Translations under genes and position numbers: made by a program
Part shown: positions 8,482 through 18,081 of the stretch, in pieces
Numbering within the stretch: the first letter of the stretch is position 1
How the letters are laid out: every line of letters starts with the position of its first letter
Source of the DNA: Patescibacteria group bacterium
Lineage (GTDB): Bacteria; Patescibacteriota; Patescibacteriia; XYB2-FULL-38-15
Reading direction: 5' to 3'
Length of the DNA: 64,000 bases
NCBI GenBank assembly: GCA_041650995.1
Contig: JBAZJZ010000001.1
Coordinates: 227,166-291,165 of the forward strand
The notes under the pieces: model-generated
Databases searched by the model: none
Told to the model about the DNA's origin: nothing
The model's input: the letters and a program-made list of their open reading frames with translations, nothing else

Positions 8482-9438
8482 TTAACCCTTTATAACAAGG
8501 AAAGTGACGTACGAGATATATGTAATTAAAAAGAATATCCCTTGCCATCTTTCCAGGATGTGTTTTTTACCAATAAACATAAAAATAAACAGAGCAAAGC
8601 TGGCCATAATTACCATTCCAATATCCATGTTCATGTCTGTCTTAAAGGGGAGTGGCCTGATAATTGAACTTATTCCCAAAATCCAAAAAATATTAAAAAT
8701 GTTTGAACCAACCACATTGCCGACAGCGATATCAGCTTGTTTTTTATAAGCAGCTATCGCAGAGGTAGCAAGTTCCGGAAGCGATGTGCCGATTGCAACA
8801 ACGGTTAAACCAATCAAAGATTCGCTAATATCTAAAGTTGTCGCTATTTTAACCGCGCCGTCAACAATCCATTTGCCGCCAAAAAATAAACCAGCCAGAC
8901 CGGCTATAATAAAAAGAGTCGATTTAGTGTTGCTAAATTGTTTGATATCTTCATTTGCCTCATAGCCGCCGTCTCTGGACATGCCAAAAGTATAATATAT
9001 AAAAATAGTAAAGAAAGATAATAAAACCAATCCGTCAATACGAGTTAACGCAGAAAAAATTTTTTTATCAATTAAGGCGTCGTTAGCTAAAAAACCAACT
9101 ACCAATACAGCCAAAAGGGACAATGGGATCTCTTTCCATGTTGTATTTTTCTTAACCGCTAAGGGAAAAATAATGGCTGATATTCCTAAAATCAGAAAGA
9201 TATTAGAAATATTACTACCCAGAATATTACCGATAGCCAGTTCAGTGTTACCTTTGGCGCTGGCGATTATATTTACAATTAATTCCGGCGCGGAAGTGCC
9301 AAAAGCGACTATTGTAAGACCGATAACCAGACTGGATATTTTAAATTTTTTAGCCAAAGATGAGGCGCCATCCACCAAGAGGTCTGCGCCCTTGATCAAA
9401 AAAATAAATCCCAAGACAAAGAGAATGTAAGTTAGCAT
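8482..9438 (-). CDS. Calcium/sodium antiporter (YrbG/CaCA family)
   Basis: Two alpha repeats GTSAPEL and GTSLPEL with GN.(L/V)GSN. Confidence 0.93.
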   Translation of the reverse strand: MLTYILFVLGFIFLIKGADLLVDGASSLAKKFKISSLVIGLTIVAFGTSAPELIVNIIASAKGNTELAIGNILGSNISNIFLILGISAIIFPLAVKKNTTWKEIPLSLLAVLVVGFLANDALIDKKIFSALTRIDGLVLLSFFTIFIYYTFGMSRDGGYEANEDIKQFSNTKSTLFIIAGLAGLFFGGKWIVDGAVKIATTLDISESLIGLTVVAIGTSLPELATSAIAAYKKQADIAVGNVVGSNIFNIFWILGISSIIRPLPFKTDMNMDIGMVIMASFALFIFMFIGKKHILERWQGIFFLITYISYVTFLVIKG

Positions 9439-9454
9439 TAATCTTTATTAATTT

Positions 9455-10402
9455 TTAAGATGCCAAATAAACAAGGAATATCAGCTGGCTTGATAAAAAT
9501 AGAAAATAAATACAAAGCAGGAAAATTCCTTCGCTGCGGCTAAACTCCTTTTTCGTTTTGTAAAAAACTAACAGACTAAGAAAAAGAACAAACAAGAAAA
9601 AGAGCAGCATATAGTAACCCAGATTTATTTCAGTTGATAAAGTTTTAATAACTGAAAAAATACCAATGATTAAAATATTTGCCATAGCCGATCCGACCAA
9701 GTTACTGATAGATAGTTCCTTTATGTTTTTGCGCCATGATTGAATGGTTACGATAATTTCTGGTAAATTAGTACCGATTGAAAAAAGAACCAGTCCAATA
9801 ATAAAACCAGGAATATCAAAATTATTCAACAGAATCGCGGTGAGGCGAACGATAAGATTGGAAAATACAATTATCAAAATAAGTCCGAGGAGGACAAGAA
9901 ATAAATCCTTCAAAATTTTACCATTTCTGATAAATTCAAAATGTATTGGGTTTGAATTTTTATGTTTTTTATATAAATAATAAAGCAGAGAAAAATAAGC
10001 AGCAACGAGGATTATTCCGTCGATAAAACCAATTTTTCCATCTAAACCGAAAAGTACGGGCAGAATAAGGTAAATTAAAATTGGCAAAAAATTTATTACT
10101 CGTCCGTCAGTTTCTATTTTTCGGTTTAGAATTAAACTGATGCCCAAAATAAGACCGAAGAGAACCATCAGACCGCCCAACAAATTTCCCAGAGAAATTT
10201 CCTGGACATTGTTTATAAGAGTATTAATACCAATCGCCAGCTCGGGCAGTGAGGTAAAAACTCCGAGTAAAAGACCTAAAAAGAAAATTTTTATTCCAAG
10301 TTTTTTTCCGATCTTTTTTATGCTATCAATGGTCAGTTCTGCCGCTTTGCCGAGGAGATAAAATAGGATTAAGATTAAAGTAAAAATACCTAAATTGACC
10401 AT
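9455..10402 (-). CDS. Second CaCA-family antiporter
   Basis: TSLPEL and GTNLPEI repeats; multiple TM helices. Confidence 0.85.
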   Translation of the reverse strand: MVNLGIFTLILILFYLLGKAAELTIDSIKKIGKKLGIKIFFLGLLLGVFTSLPELAIGINTLINNVQEISLGNLLGGLMVLFGLILGISLILNRKIETDGRVINFLPILIYLILPVLFGLDGKIGFIDGIILVAAYFSLLYYLYKKHKNSNPIHFEFIRNGKILKDLFLVLLGLILIIVFSNLIVRLTAILLNNFDIPGFIIGLVLFSIGTNLPEIIVTIQSWRKNIKELSISNLVGSAMANILIIGIFSVIKTLSTEINLGYYMLLFFLFVLFLSLLVFYKTKKEFSRSEGIFLLCIYFLFLSSQLIFLVYLAS

Positions 10403-10422
10403 AGTTTATTTTGATTAGTTTT

Positions 10423-11367
10423 TTAACGATAGCTGCTTTTATTAGCGACGTAAATGTCTGCTTCGAGCATTTGGTCGTTTTTATAATAATGATGAATAAA
10501 GTAAACATTTCCCGCGGCGTCAATCGTGGCTTCGCCGGCGAGCGGTGAAAACGTTTGCACAGGTTTGGTCCACTCACCATCAATTTTTTTTGATCGCCAT
10601 AACCCATAATCCTTAGAAATCCATAATTCATCTTCGTTGGGAGAAAGAGCTGGCCAACCCTCATCGCGTTCGGTATTCACGGCGCTAACATTTTTCGGTT
10701 CCTGCCAGGCGCCATCAATCTTTTTTGAAACCCAAATATCCAACCCGCCTTCGCCGCCCGCGCGGTCGGAATGAAAATAAACTTCATTGCCATCAGAAGT
10801 AAAATGTAGTTCACCAACTTTATATTCTTCTGGAAAATTCGCGAGTTTCCAATTTTGCCATTTATCATTTTTAAATTCCGCGGTAAACCAATTGATGCCG
10901 TCGTACCCCTCGCGCACAGAACAAAAATACATTATATCGTTTTGCACAAATTCGCAGCCGTCGCTACCGGCGCTGCCAGGTTTGGATAAAAGTACGCGTT
11001 CGGGATTAAGCCATTCGTCGCCAGATTTTTTCGTGACATAAATTCCCGTCACATTATCAGTAATTTGTTTTTCAACAGGAATTTTGACATCAGGCGTAAA
11101 GAAAAAATAAAGTGTTTGGCCGTCTGGTAAAATAAAAGGGGAGTCCTCGCCGCCAGCAGTATTAACTGGCGCAGGCAGAGGAACTGGATTTCCGTATTCA
11201 GCAGAAAGTGATTTTGGCGGCGAAACATCTGTCGCCGGCGTAATTTTTACCGCGTCGGTTGGGATTTTACTTTCTCGGGATGGTGGTTCTGTTGGCGCCT
11301 GTCCGCATCCGGCGCCAAGGGCGGCAATACTGATTATTACGGAATAAAGTGATAAAAATTTATTCAT
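10423..11367 (-). CDS. Lipoprotein with PD40/TolB-like beta-propeller repeats (start revised)
   Basis: MNKF..LGAGC lipobox; VNT...EDSP..LPDGQTLYF, FHSDRAGGEGGLDIW. Confidence 0.75.
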   Translation of the reverse strand: MNKFLSLYSVIISIAALGAGCGQAPTEPPSRESKIPTDAVKITPATDVSPPKSLSAEYGNPVPLPAPVNTAGGEDSPFILPDGQTLYFFFTPDVKIPVEKQITDNVTGIYVTKKSGDEWLNPERVLLSKPGSAGSDGCEFVQNDIMYFCSVREGYDGINWFTAEFKNDKWQNWKLANFPEEYKVGELHFTSDGNEVYFHSDRAGGEGGLDIWVSKKIDGAWQEPKNVSAVNTERDEGWPALSPNEDELWISKDYGLWRSKKIDGEWTKPVQTFSPLAGEATIDAAGNVYFIHHYYKNDQMLEADIYVANKSSYR

Positions 11368-11824
11368 TTTGGGGTTTTTCGTATTTGTATTTAAATTTAT
11401 CAAATTCGTTTTCGTACGCTTCGTCGCTTACTTTTTTAAAACCGGCGCGTTCGTGAGAAACAATTGACGGTCGGTTTTTCCTATCGATTGTGGCTATCAA
11501 TGTGTTCAGATCTTCTTTGCCCATCAGTGCCTCGTAAAATTTGGGTACCAGTCCTTTGCCGCGGTATTTTTGGTCAATGACAATATGGGTGATATTCTGT
11601 TCATCCTCGGTATCATAAACGCCGACAATGCCAAGTTTTTCTCCGCCTTCGCCAATAACAGTGTGATACTTCTGGTTTTTGCAATTTTCCTGGCCAAGCG
11701 CGATCCAGCCATCCTTGCCTTCGAGATTTTTAAAATATTCCATATCAAAATCGGCAAGTCCCTCGACTTTAATTTCTTTTTCTTGCGTTTCGGGCGTGGG
11801 TCCGCCCATTTCCGGATTAGCCAT
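11360..11824 (-). CDS. GNAT-family acetyltransferase
   Basis: IDQKYRGKGL, N.PSIVSHERAGF. Confidence 0.85.
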   Translation of the reverse strand: MANPEMGGPTPETQEKEIKVEGLADFDMEYFKNLEGKDGWIALGQENCKNQKYHTVIGEGGEKLGIVGVYDTEDEQNITHIVIDQKYRGKGLVPKFYEALMGKEDLNTLIATIDRKNRPSIVSHERAGFKKVSDEAYENEFDKFKYKYEKPQNE

Positions 11825-11825
11825 A

Positions 11826-12197
11826 TTATTTATTTTTAAGAAATGATTTAACTTTAGCGAGCAGCAGGGGATAGGTTTTTTTGATTTGTGGCGCGGATAA
11901 GACCTCTTTGATTGACACTACGGTTCCTTTCGGAATGATGACGTTTTCAGGAAATTGGTCGCGGGTAAAATCAATTTCTTTTCCGTTTGGCAGACGGTTC
12001 CAAAAATGGGAAACAAACGGCAGTTTTTTGATAACGGCGTAAAGTATTTTTCCGCCGAGGAACGTGTGTGCCACTGCGGCGGTTACTCGGCATTGACCAG
12101 TGGCGGGATTTTTGGGATCAAACTTCTTGGTCCAGGAAGTTTCCGCGCTCCAGGTTGCCCGAAATGCACTCCTGAGATTTTTTATGTTTATTTTCAT
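11826..12197 (-). CDS. YunG-like protein
   Basis: WSAETS, GQCRVTA, HFWNRL, IDFTRDQF. Confidence 0.75.
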   Translation of the reverse strand: MKINIKNLRSAFRATWSAETSWTKKFDPKNPATGQCRVTAAVAHTFLGGKILYAVIKKLPFVSHFWNRLPNGKEIDFTRDQFPENVIIPKGTVVSIKEVLSAPQIKKTYPLLLAKVKSFLKNK

Positions 12198-12200
12198 TTT

Positions 12201-12488
12201 TTATTTTTCTACATCGGCGGGTTCAAATTCAATGATGTGGTAAGGATCGTCGGGCAGTTGGGACGGTTCATTAGCTCCATATTTTTCCAGAACCTCCGCT
12301 TTATAATCCCAACCCGGCCCCGGCCCCTTTTCTGGAGTTGAATGAGAATAATATTGTCTAATAGTATATCCACTGTCGCGTGAAACCGCGCGGTAAATTT
12401 TTCCGTCAAACATCACAAGGTCTCCCGCTCTAATTTCGTCCCGCCCGAATTCCTTAATCGGCATAGATCCTTTTTCCAATTCGTTCAT
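12201..12488 (-). CDS. Hypothetical protein
   Basis: Closely packed in a minus-strand run, backbone-like codon use. Confidence 0.65.
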   Translation of the reverse strand: MNELEKGSMPIKEFGRDEIRAGDLVMFDGKIYRAVSRDSGYTIRQYYSHSTPEKGPGPGWDYKAEVLEKYGANEPSQLPDDPYHIIEFEPADVEK

Positions 12489-12564
12489 ATTTTTGGCTTA
12501 ATTGCGATTTTTATGTTATGATTTCTTAAAGAATTTTAGCAAAAATCAGGCAAAAAAGCAATTT

Positions 12565-15477
12565 ATGGACGACTTATTAAAGGATTTAAATCAAGCGCAG
12601 AGAGAGGCCGTGGCGCATGATACTGGTCCGCTTTTGATTGTGGCTGGCGCGGGGACGGGAAAGACAACAGTCATCACAAGGCGGCTGGCTTTTTTGATTT
12701 TAGAAAAAAAAATCAAGCCGGACGAAATTTTGGCTCTGACTTTTACGGAAAAAGCGGCCGGGGAAATGGAAGAGCGCGCCGACCAACTTTTGCCATACGG
12801 TTATGTTGATCTTTGGATTTCCACATTTCACTCTTTTTGCGAGCGAATTTTGAAAGAACACGCGATTGATATTGGTTTGCCTGGGGATTTTAAACTTTTA
12901 AATCAAACTGAGCAGTGGTTGCTTGTCCGGCAAAATTTAGAGAGATTTAATTTGGATTATTATCGGCCGCTCGGTAATCCGACAAAATTTATTCATTCGC
13001 TCCTGAAACATTTCAGCCGAGCGAAGGATGAAGAAATTTGGCCGGAAACATATCTGGATTACGCGGAGAATTTAAAATTAAACAAAGACAGCACGATTAT
13101 TGAAGATAAAGATCGGCTGCTTGAAGTGGCGAGTGCGTACCACACTTACGATCAATTACTTTTAGAAAATAACGCCCTGGATTTTGGCGATTTGATAAAT
13201 TATACTTTAAAACTTTTTCGTACCCGGCCGGCGATTTTAGAAAAATACCGGCAAAAGTTTAAGTATATTTTGGTTGATGAGTTTCAGGACACAAACTGGG
13301 CGCAGTATGAGCTTATAAAAATGCTCGCTCTGCCCAAGAATAATTTAACGGTTGTCGGCGACGACGATCAATCAATATATAAATTTCGTGGCGCGTCGAT
13401 TTCCAACATCATGCAGTTTAAAAATGATTTTTCGGAATGCCGCGAAATTATTATCACGGATAATTATCGCACTAAACAAAATATTTTGGATTTGGCATAT
13501 AAATTCATAAAGCAAAACGACCCAAACCGGCTGGAAGCGAAATTAGGAATTGTAAAAAAACTTTCGGCAAAAAGAGATGGTGAGGGAATTGTTGAGCACT
13601 TGCATTGTAAAACCGCCGACCAAGAAGCACGGACCGTGGCCGAGAAAATTTTGGAATTGAAAAAAATTGACACGGCAATTAGCTATCAGGACTTTGCGAT
13701 TTTGGTCCGCGCAAATAATCAGGCGGAAATGTTCATGGGCGTTCTGGATCAGTACGGCATTCCATATCATTTTTTAGCTTCGAGCGGGCTTTATTCCAAG
13801 CCAGTAATTTTGGACATTATTGCATATCTCAAAACTTTGGACAATTATCATGAGTCAACAGCTCTATACCGCGTTTTAAATATGCCGTTTGTAGATTTAG
13901 TTTATGACGATCTTCTCGCTATGAATTTTTCAGTGAAGAAAAAGAACTGGTCGCTCTACGAAGCGATGAAACACGCGGCGGCGGTCGGCGTCTCTGGTGA
14001 TGGTCTTAGAAAAATTAATAAAATTTTAGGATTTATTGAGCGGCACACAGCAATTGCTCGCGAGTGGGGAGTGAGTAAAGTTGTTTTTAAATTTTTAGAA
14101 GATTTTCAATATCTTACTAATTTGACAAAACGCGCTGAGAAAGGGGATTCGCATGCGGCGGAAGACATCGGCTATATTAATAATTTTTTAAAAAAGATAG
14201 AAGAATTTGAAAGAGCAAATCCCGATAAGTCAATTAAAAATTTTATGGCTGAGCTTGATATGGCTCTTGAATCCGGAGAAGAAGGATCGCTTGCGGGAAG
14301 TTTTGATGAAGGACCGGACACGGTGAAAATCTTGACGGTGCATGGCGCAAAAGGTTTGGAATTTAAATATGTTTTTATTGTGAATTTAGTAGATTTGCGT
14401 TTTCCCTCAACCGACCGAAAAGAACCGATTGAAATGCCAACCGCGCTCGTTAAAGAAATTTTGCCGCAAGGCGACATTCATCTTGAAGAAGAGCGCAGGC
14501 TTTTTTATGTGGCAATGACCCGGGCGCGCGATGGATTATTTTTAACTTCAGCTTTGGATTATGGCGGACAGAGAAAAAAGAAATTATCACGCTTTTTGGT
14601 TGAACTCGGGTTTATTACACCAGAAGTGATTTCTCCGACCGGCCAGGTTTATTTTGATGAGGAAGCAGCGGCTGCGCCGAGTGAAAAAGGTATAAAAAAA
14701 TTATGGTTGCCAAGTAAATTTAGTTTTACTCAACTCAAGGCGTTTGAAACCTGCCCATTACAATATAAATTCGCTCATGTTTTAGTCGTGCCGACGCGGG
14801 GAAAATTTAATTTCAGTTTTGGGAAAACCATGCACAGCACTTTGCAGAAATTTTTTGATCAGATCTCAAAAAAAGAAAATAATAAACAGGCCGACCTTTT
14901 TGGGCAAAGTATAGCGATGGGAACGGCGCCATCGGTTGAGGAACTTTTAAAAATTTATGAAGAAACCTGGATTAATGATTGGTACGAAAGCAAAAGCCAC
15001 GAAGAAGAGTATAAAAAACGTGGGAGAAGTATGCTTCGTGAATTTTATAAAAAACACGAAGGCAATTGGCCCAAAACAAAATATCTGGAAAATGGTTTTA
15101 ATCTAAAAATTGGGGATTATACAGTGCGCGGAGCAATAGATAGAGTGGACGTTGTCCCGGGTGGTGTGGAAATTATTGATTATAAAACCGGCAGCGTGCC
15201 GAAAGATGAAAAATTTTTAGATAAAGACCAGCTCCTAATCTATCAGGCGGCGGCATCCGAAGTGCTTGGCGAAAAACCAATAATGCTCAGTTATTATTAT
15301 TTGGAAGCTAATGAAAAGATGTCTTTTCTTGGCACAGATAAGGAAGTCCAGGAAATTAAGGAAAAAATCGTGGAGACAATTCAAGAAATAAAAAAGAGCG
15401 AGTTTTCTCCCAAGCCAAGTTTATTCACTTGTAAAAATTGTGATTTTAAAGATATTTGCGAACACCGGATAATTTGA
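12565..15477 (+). CDS. UvrD/PcrA-family helicase fused to a C-terminal PD-(D/E)xK Fe-S nuclease (AdnAB/AddA-like); start revised
   Basis: AGAGTGKT, DEFQD, VGDDDQSIYKFRGA, EERRLFYVAMTRA; GAIDRVD..IIDYKTG; CPLQY and CKNCDFKDIC. Confidence 0.92.
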   Translation: MDDLLKDLNQAQREAVAHDTGPLLIVAGAGTGKTTVITRRLAFLILEKKIKPDEILALTFTEKAAGEMEERADQLLPYGYVDLWISTFHSFCERILKEHAIDIGLPGDFKLLNQTEQWLLVRQNLERFNLDYYRPLGNPTKFIHSLLKHFSRAKDEEIWPETYLDYAENLKLNKDSTIIEDKDRLLEVASAYHTYDQLLLENNALDFGDLINYTLKLFRTRPAILEKYRQKFKYILVDEFQDTNWAQYELIKMLALPKNNLTVVGDDDQSIYKFRGASISNIMQFKNDFSECREIIITDNYRTKQNILDLAYKFIKQNDPNRLEAKLGIVKKLSAKRDGEGIVEHLHCKTADQEARTVAEKILELKKIDTAISYQDFAILVRANNQAEMFMGVLDQYGIPYHFLASSGLYSKPVILDIIAYLKTLDNYHESTALYRVLNMPFVDLVYDDLLAMNFSVKKKNWSLYEAMKHAAAVGVSGDGLRKINKILGFIERHTAIAREWGVSKVVFKFLEDFQYLTNLTKRAEKGDSHAAEDIGYINNFLKKIEEFERANPDKSIKNFMAELDMALESGEEGSLAGSFDEGPDTVKILTVHGAKGLEFKYVFIVNLVDLRFPSTDRKEPIEMPTALVKEILPQGDIHLEEERRLFYVAMTRARDGLFLTSALDYGGQRKKKLSRFLVELGFITPEVISPTGQVYFDEEAAAAPSEKGIKKLWLPSKFSFTQLKAFETCPLQYKFAHVLVVPTRGKFNFSFGKTMHSTLQKFFDQISKKENNKQADLFGQSIAMGTAPSVEELLKIYEETWINDWYESKSHEEEYKKRGRSMLREFYKKHEGNWPKTKYLENGFNLKIGDYTVRGAIDRVDVVPGGVEIIDYKTGSVPKDEKFLDKDQLLIYQAAASEVLGEKPIMLSYYYLEANEKMSFLGTDKEVQEIKEKIVETIQEIKKSEFSPKPSLFTCKNCDFKDICEHRII

Positions 15478-15480
15478 AGA

Positions 15481-15597
15481 CCAAAACCCAAAGCTCAAAT
15501 GTCAAATCAAATCCAAAATCCAAAACCCAAAACAATTTTTAGTCATTTGAACTTTAGTCATTGATTTGAAATTTGGATTTTGACATTTGGATTTGGA
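15481..15597. repeat. Degenerate heptamer array forming a long inverted repeat
   Basis: CAAAACC CAAAGCT CAAATGT..CAAAATC CAAAACC followed by the mirror run TTTGAAA TTTGGAT TTTGACA TTTGGAT. Confidence 0.8.
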
Positions 15598-15608
15598 AAT
15601 ATATTTTT

Positions 15609-15902
15609 ATGTTCACTCCATTAAAAAACATCCTAGAAAAAAATATCCGCCAATCCGGTATTTCTCACCAAGTTTTGGCCGCTCAGGCAATTGAAAAATT
15701 CAACCAAATTTTGGTAGAGATTTTTGGGCCGGGAGTGGGGCGGCGGGCGAGAGCGATGTATTTACGCGGAAAAATTTTAACTGTCGGTTGTCTGTCGTCG
15801 GTTGTAACACAAGAGATTTATTTAAAGCGTGGAAAAATTATGAAAGAATTGAATCGACGGCTCGGCAGGGAAGTAGTGGCTGATTTAAAATTTAAGATGT
15901 GA
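15609..15902 (+). CDS. DUF721/DciA-family protein (start revised)
   Basis: Size and pattern (G..ARAMYLRGKILTVGCLSSVVTQEI..I..ELN..LG..VV..L.F); the upstream ORF extension is the heptamer repeat. Confidence 0.75.
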   Translation: MFTPLKNILEKNIRQSGISHQVLAAQAIEKFNQILVEIFGPGVGRRARAMYLRGKILTVGCLSSVVTQEIYLKRGKIMKELNRRLGREVVADLKFKM

Positions 15903-15910
15903 GGGGTCCG

Positions 15911-16011
15911 CTCCATACGAAGTAGAGGTTGTTGGATTTTTTAACAATACTTAGTCCCCCGATAATCGTTGCTCCTTCGAGTTTTCGAATTTACCGAAAC
16001 TTCGTATGGGG
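15911..16011. repeat. About 100 bp element with terminal inverted repeats (MITE-like or structured RNA)
   Basis: CTCCATACGAAGT ... ACTTCGTATGGGG. Confidence 0.55.
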
Positions 16012-16159
16012 TTGACAAAAAGAAAAAAATATGTTAAGATTTATTAAGGTACATAAAGTACCAAAAGGTATTTTTTAAACTAAAATTAACATTAATTGTC
16101 ACGCCGGTTTGGTCTTCGCCTAGACGATTTTCAAACCAAAATGTGACTTAAATAAATTT

Positions 16160-16828
16160 ATGGGAGAAACAATGAGATTTGCTCCTCCTGAGATGGAATC
16201 TGGCGAGAGAGCTGATCTAGAAGCGAAACTTGATCAATTAAGAGGTGAATCAGAAAAAGCAGTGGAGAAGATAAGAAAAGCCGAAAGTCCAGAGGAAACA
16301 TTAGCTGCTATTTTAAAAATGGAAGAGTTTAGAGTGCAAGCCGCTCCTCTTGAAGCGGACTTAAGAAAGATAAGAGTGTTAGAGCAAACCGAAGGAATTG
16401 AGGCTGGTTTGAAGGGTGAGGCTCTTAAAATGGCAGAGCAAAGAACTGAAAATGCGGAAGCTGTTAGGGCCATTGAAGAAAAAATTGAAAAGCGTTCAGC
16501 TGAACTTAAAGAAGCTGAAGCAACTTTGAAAGGTGGGAGCGGTGTAGAAATTTTAGATGCCCTCACGGCAGTTGATAGGATCCAGGCAGAGTTAAGGGAA
16601 CTTGAAGTCTCTGCCAAAAGGTTAGCTATTGATAATTTAGCTTTAGCTAGCGATCTTCATACCCTTAAAGAGCAGGGGATCACAGAAGAAGAAATACCCT
16701 TTACTGCTGCAGAAAGTGAATGGTTTAAAAGCGGAAAAAAGAGATCAGATCTCTGGGAAATGGGGGTAGCAGAAAGGGAAAGGAGAATTGATGAACTGGA
16801 AGAAGAATTTTTTGCAAAAGCTGCTTAA
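16160..16828 (+). CDS. Glu-rich coiled-coil protein
   Basis: Heptad pattern; promoter TTGACA 16012, 17 bp, TAAGAT 16035. Confidence 0.8.
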   Translation: MGETMRFAPPEMESGERADLEAKLDQLRGESEKAVEKIRKAESPEETLAAILKMEEFRVQAAPLEADLRKIRVLEQTEGIEAGLKGEALKMAEQRTENAEAVRAIEEKIEKRSAELKEAEATLKGGSGVEILDALTAVDRIQAELRELEVSAKRLAIDNLALASDLHTLKEQGITEEEIPFTAAESEWFKSGKKRSDLWEMGVAERERRIDELEEEFFAKAA

Positions 16829-16840
16829 ACTCAAAAAATT

Positions 16841-16876
16841 AAAAAGAGAGACCCTGGTACGACCGGGGTCTCTTTG
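16841..16876. terminator. Bidirectional terminator
   Basis: AGAGACCCTGGT-ACG-ACCGGGGTCTCT flanked by A and T tracts. Confidence 0.8.
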
Positions 16877-16899
16877 TTTCTGTCCTCCTTGTTGGGTAA

Positions 16900-17475
16900 T
16901 TACGCTGCCGCCTCCTTTTCCGGGAAGAAGATGGAAGCGTTGTCTCCGGGAAGGAAGCCCCTTGACTTGTCTCCAAGCCAAAGGGTGACGCGCGCGACGT
17001 TCTGCGCGCGATTGTCTTTCCAGACGATTCTCTTGGCGTAGGAGTGCTCATCGAACTCGGAAACCGGAGAAAGCGGCAGGATGTACTTCTGGCCGAAGAT
17101 CCTGACTTTCTTCAGTCCGTCCGTGACACACTCGATCCCGAGGTTCTGGCCTTGTGGAAAAACGACCACCCGCAAGTCGCGGAAGATACTCTCGTCTTGG
17201 GTGCTTGTCAAAACCAAAACGAGGCTGTAATGGCGCTCGAAGACGTAGAGCGCTAGGTATTCCGTTTCTTGGAGCCAGGTCTCATGCGTCGGCTCAGGTT
17301 CGAGGAATTCGATATCATCAACCGCCCTCGTGTACGGAGCGACGCAGGTTGCCGTGTGTCGCTTCTTGTTGCCCCTTCTGTCGCGCAAGGCGCGGATACA
17401 GACGGCAAGCGAAGAGACGAGCCAGGCGAAGAAAGTCGTGATCCCAGCCCAGATTCCGAGAAAGAACCGCTTCAT
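16900..17475 (-). CDS. Orphan protein with N-terminal TM anchor, GC-rich unit 5
   Basis: Perfect SD AAAGGAGGTG; TTGACA 17599-17594, 17 bp, TAAAGT. Confidence 0.78.
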   Translation of the reverse strand: MKRFFLGIWAGITTFFAWLVSSLAVCIRALRDRRGNKKRHTATCVAPYTRAVDDIEFLEPEPTHETWLQETEYLALYVFERHYSLVLVLTSTQDESIFRDLRVVVFPQGQNLGIECVTDGLKKVRIFGQKYILPLSPVSEFDEHSYAKRIVWKDNRAQNVARVTLWLGDKSRGFLPGDNASIFFPEKEAAA

Positions 17476-17676
17476 CGTACACCTCCTTTACGATGGAAGG
17501 TGCGAGGCGAAATTGGCGTTGGCTAAAAGCAGAATCGCCCAGCCATACAAGCCACGCTTCGCAGCTGTTTACTTTATATTATATTACGGGATTTGTCAAG
17601 GGTAAATGAGGTTTGCTGGTTTATTCTTAATTTGCTATACTTTTACTAGAATTTAACGAGGCAGATTTAAGGCTTT

Positions 17677-18057
17677 ATGACCCTAAGGCAATATTTGATT
17701 TTAATGACAATCAGCGCCATTTTTTGTTGGATAATTTGGGGGTTTGTTCTTTACTCTGTTGATCCGACAACGGCTGGCATCCTGGGTTTTGTCTTTTTTT
17801 ATTTAAGTTTATTTCTGTCCGTAGTTGGAACTATGTCAGTTTTAGGATTAATTTTACGGATGAAATTTGGCAAAGAAGATTTAGTTTTTAAAATAGTGAC
17901 AACTTCTTTCAGGCAGGCGACCTTGCTTGGCTTTTTGACGATCGGCGGGTTGATTTTAAAAAGTCAGAGGATTTTAACATGGTGGAATATAGTTTTTTTA
18001 GTTTTAGCTTTGATTATCATGGAATTTTTCTTTATATCTTATGAGAAAAAAAGATAA
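17677..18057 (+). CDS. Four-TM membrane protein
   Basis: Four hydrophobic segments; SFRQA motif. Confidence 0.8.
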   Translation: MTLRQYLILMTISAIFCWIIWGFVLYSVDPTTAGILGFVFFYLSLFLSVVGTMSVLGLILRMKFGKEDLVFKIVTTSFRQATLLGFLTIGGLILKSQRILTWWNIVFLVLALIIMEFFFISYEKKR

Positions 18058-18081
18058 TTAATCAATAAGATTTTTATAAAA

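Noticed and set aside
15481-15597. CRISPR array
   Set aside because: Repeats are degenerate 7-mers without spacers; no cas genes.
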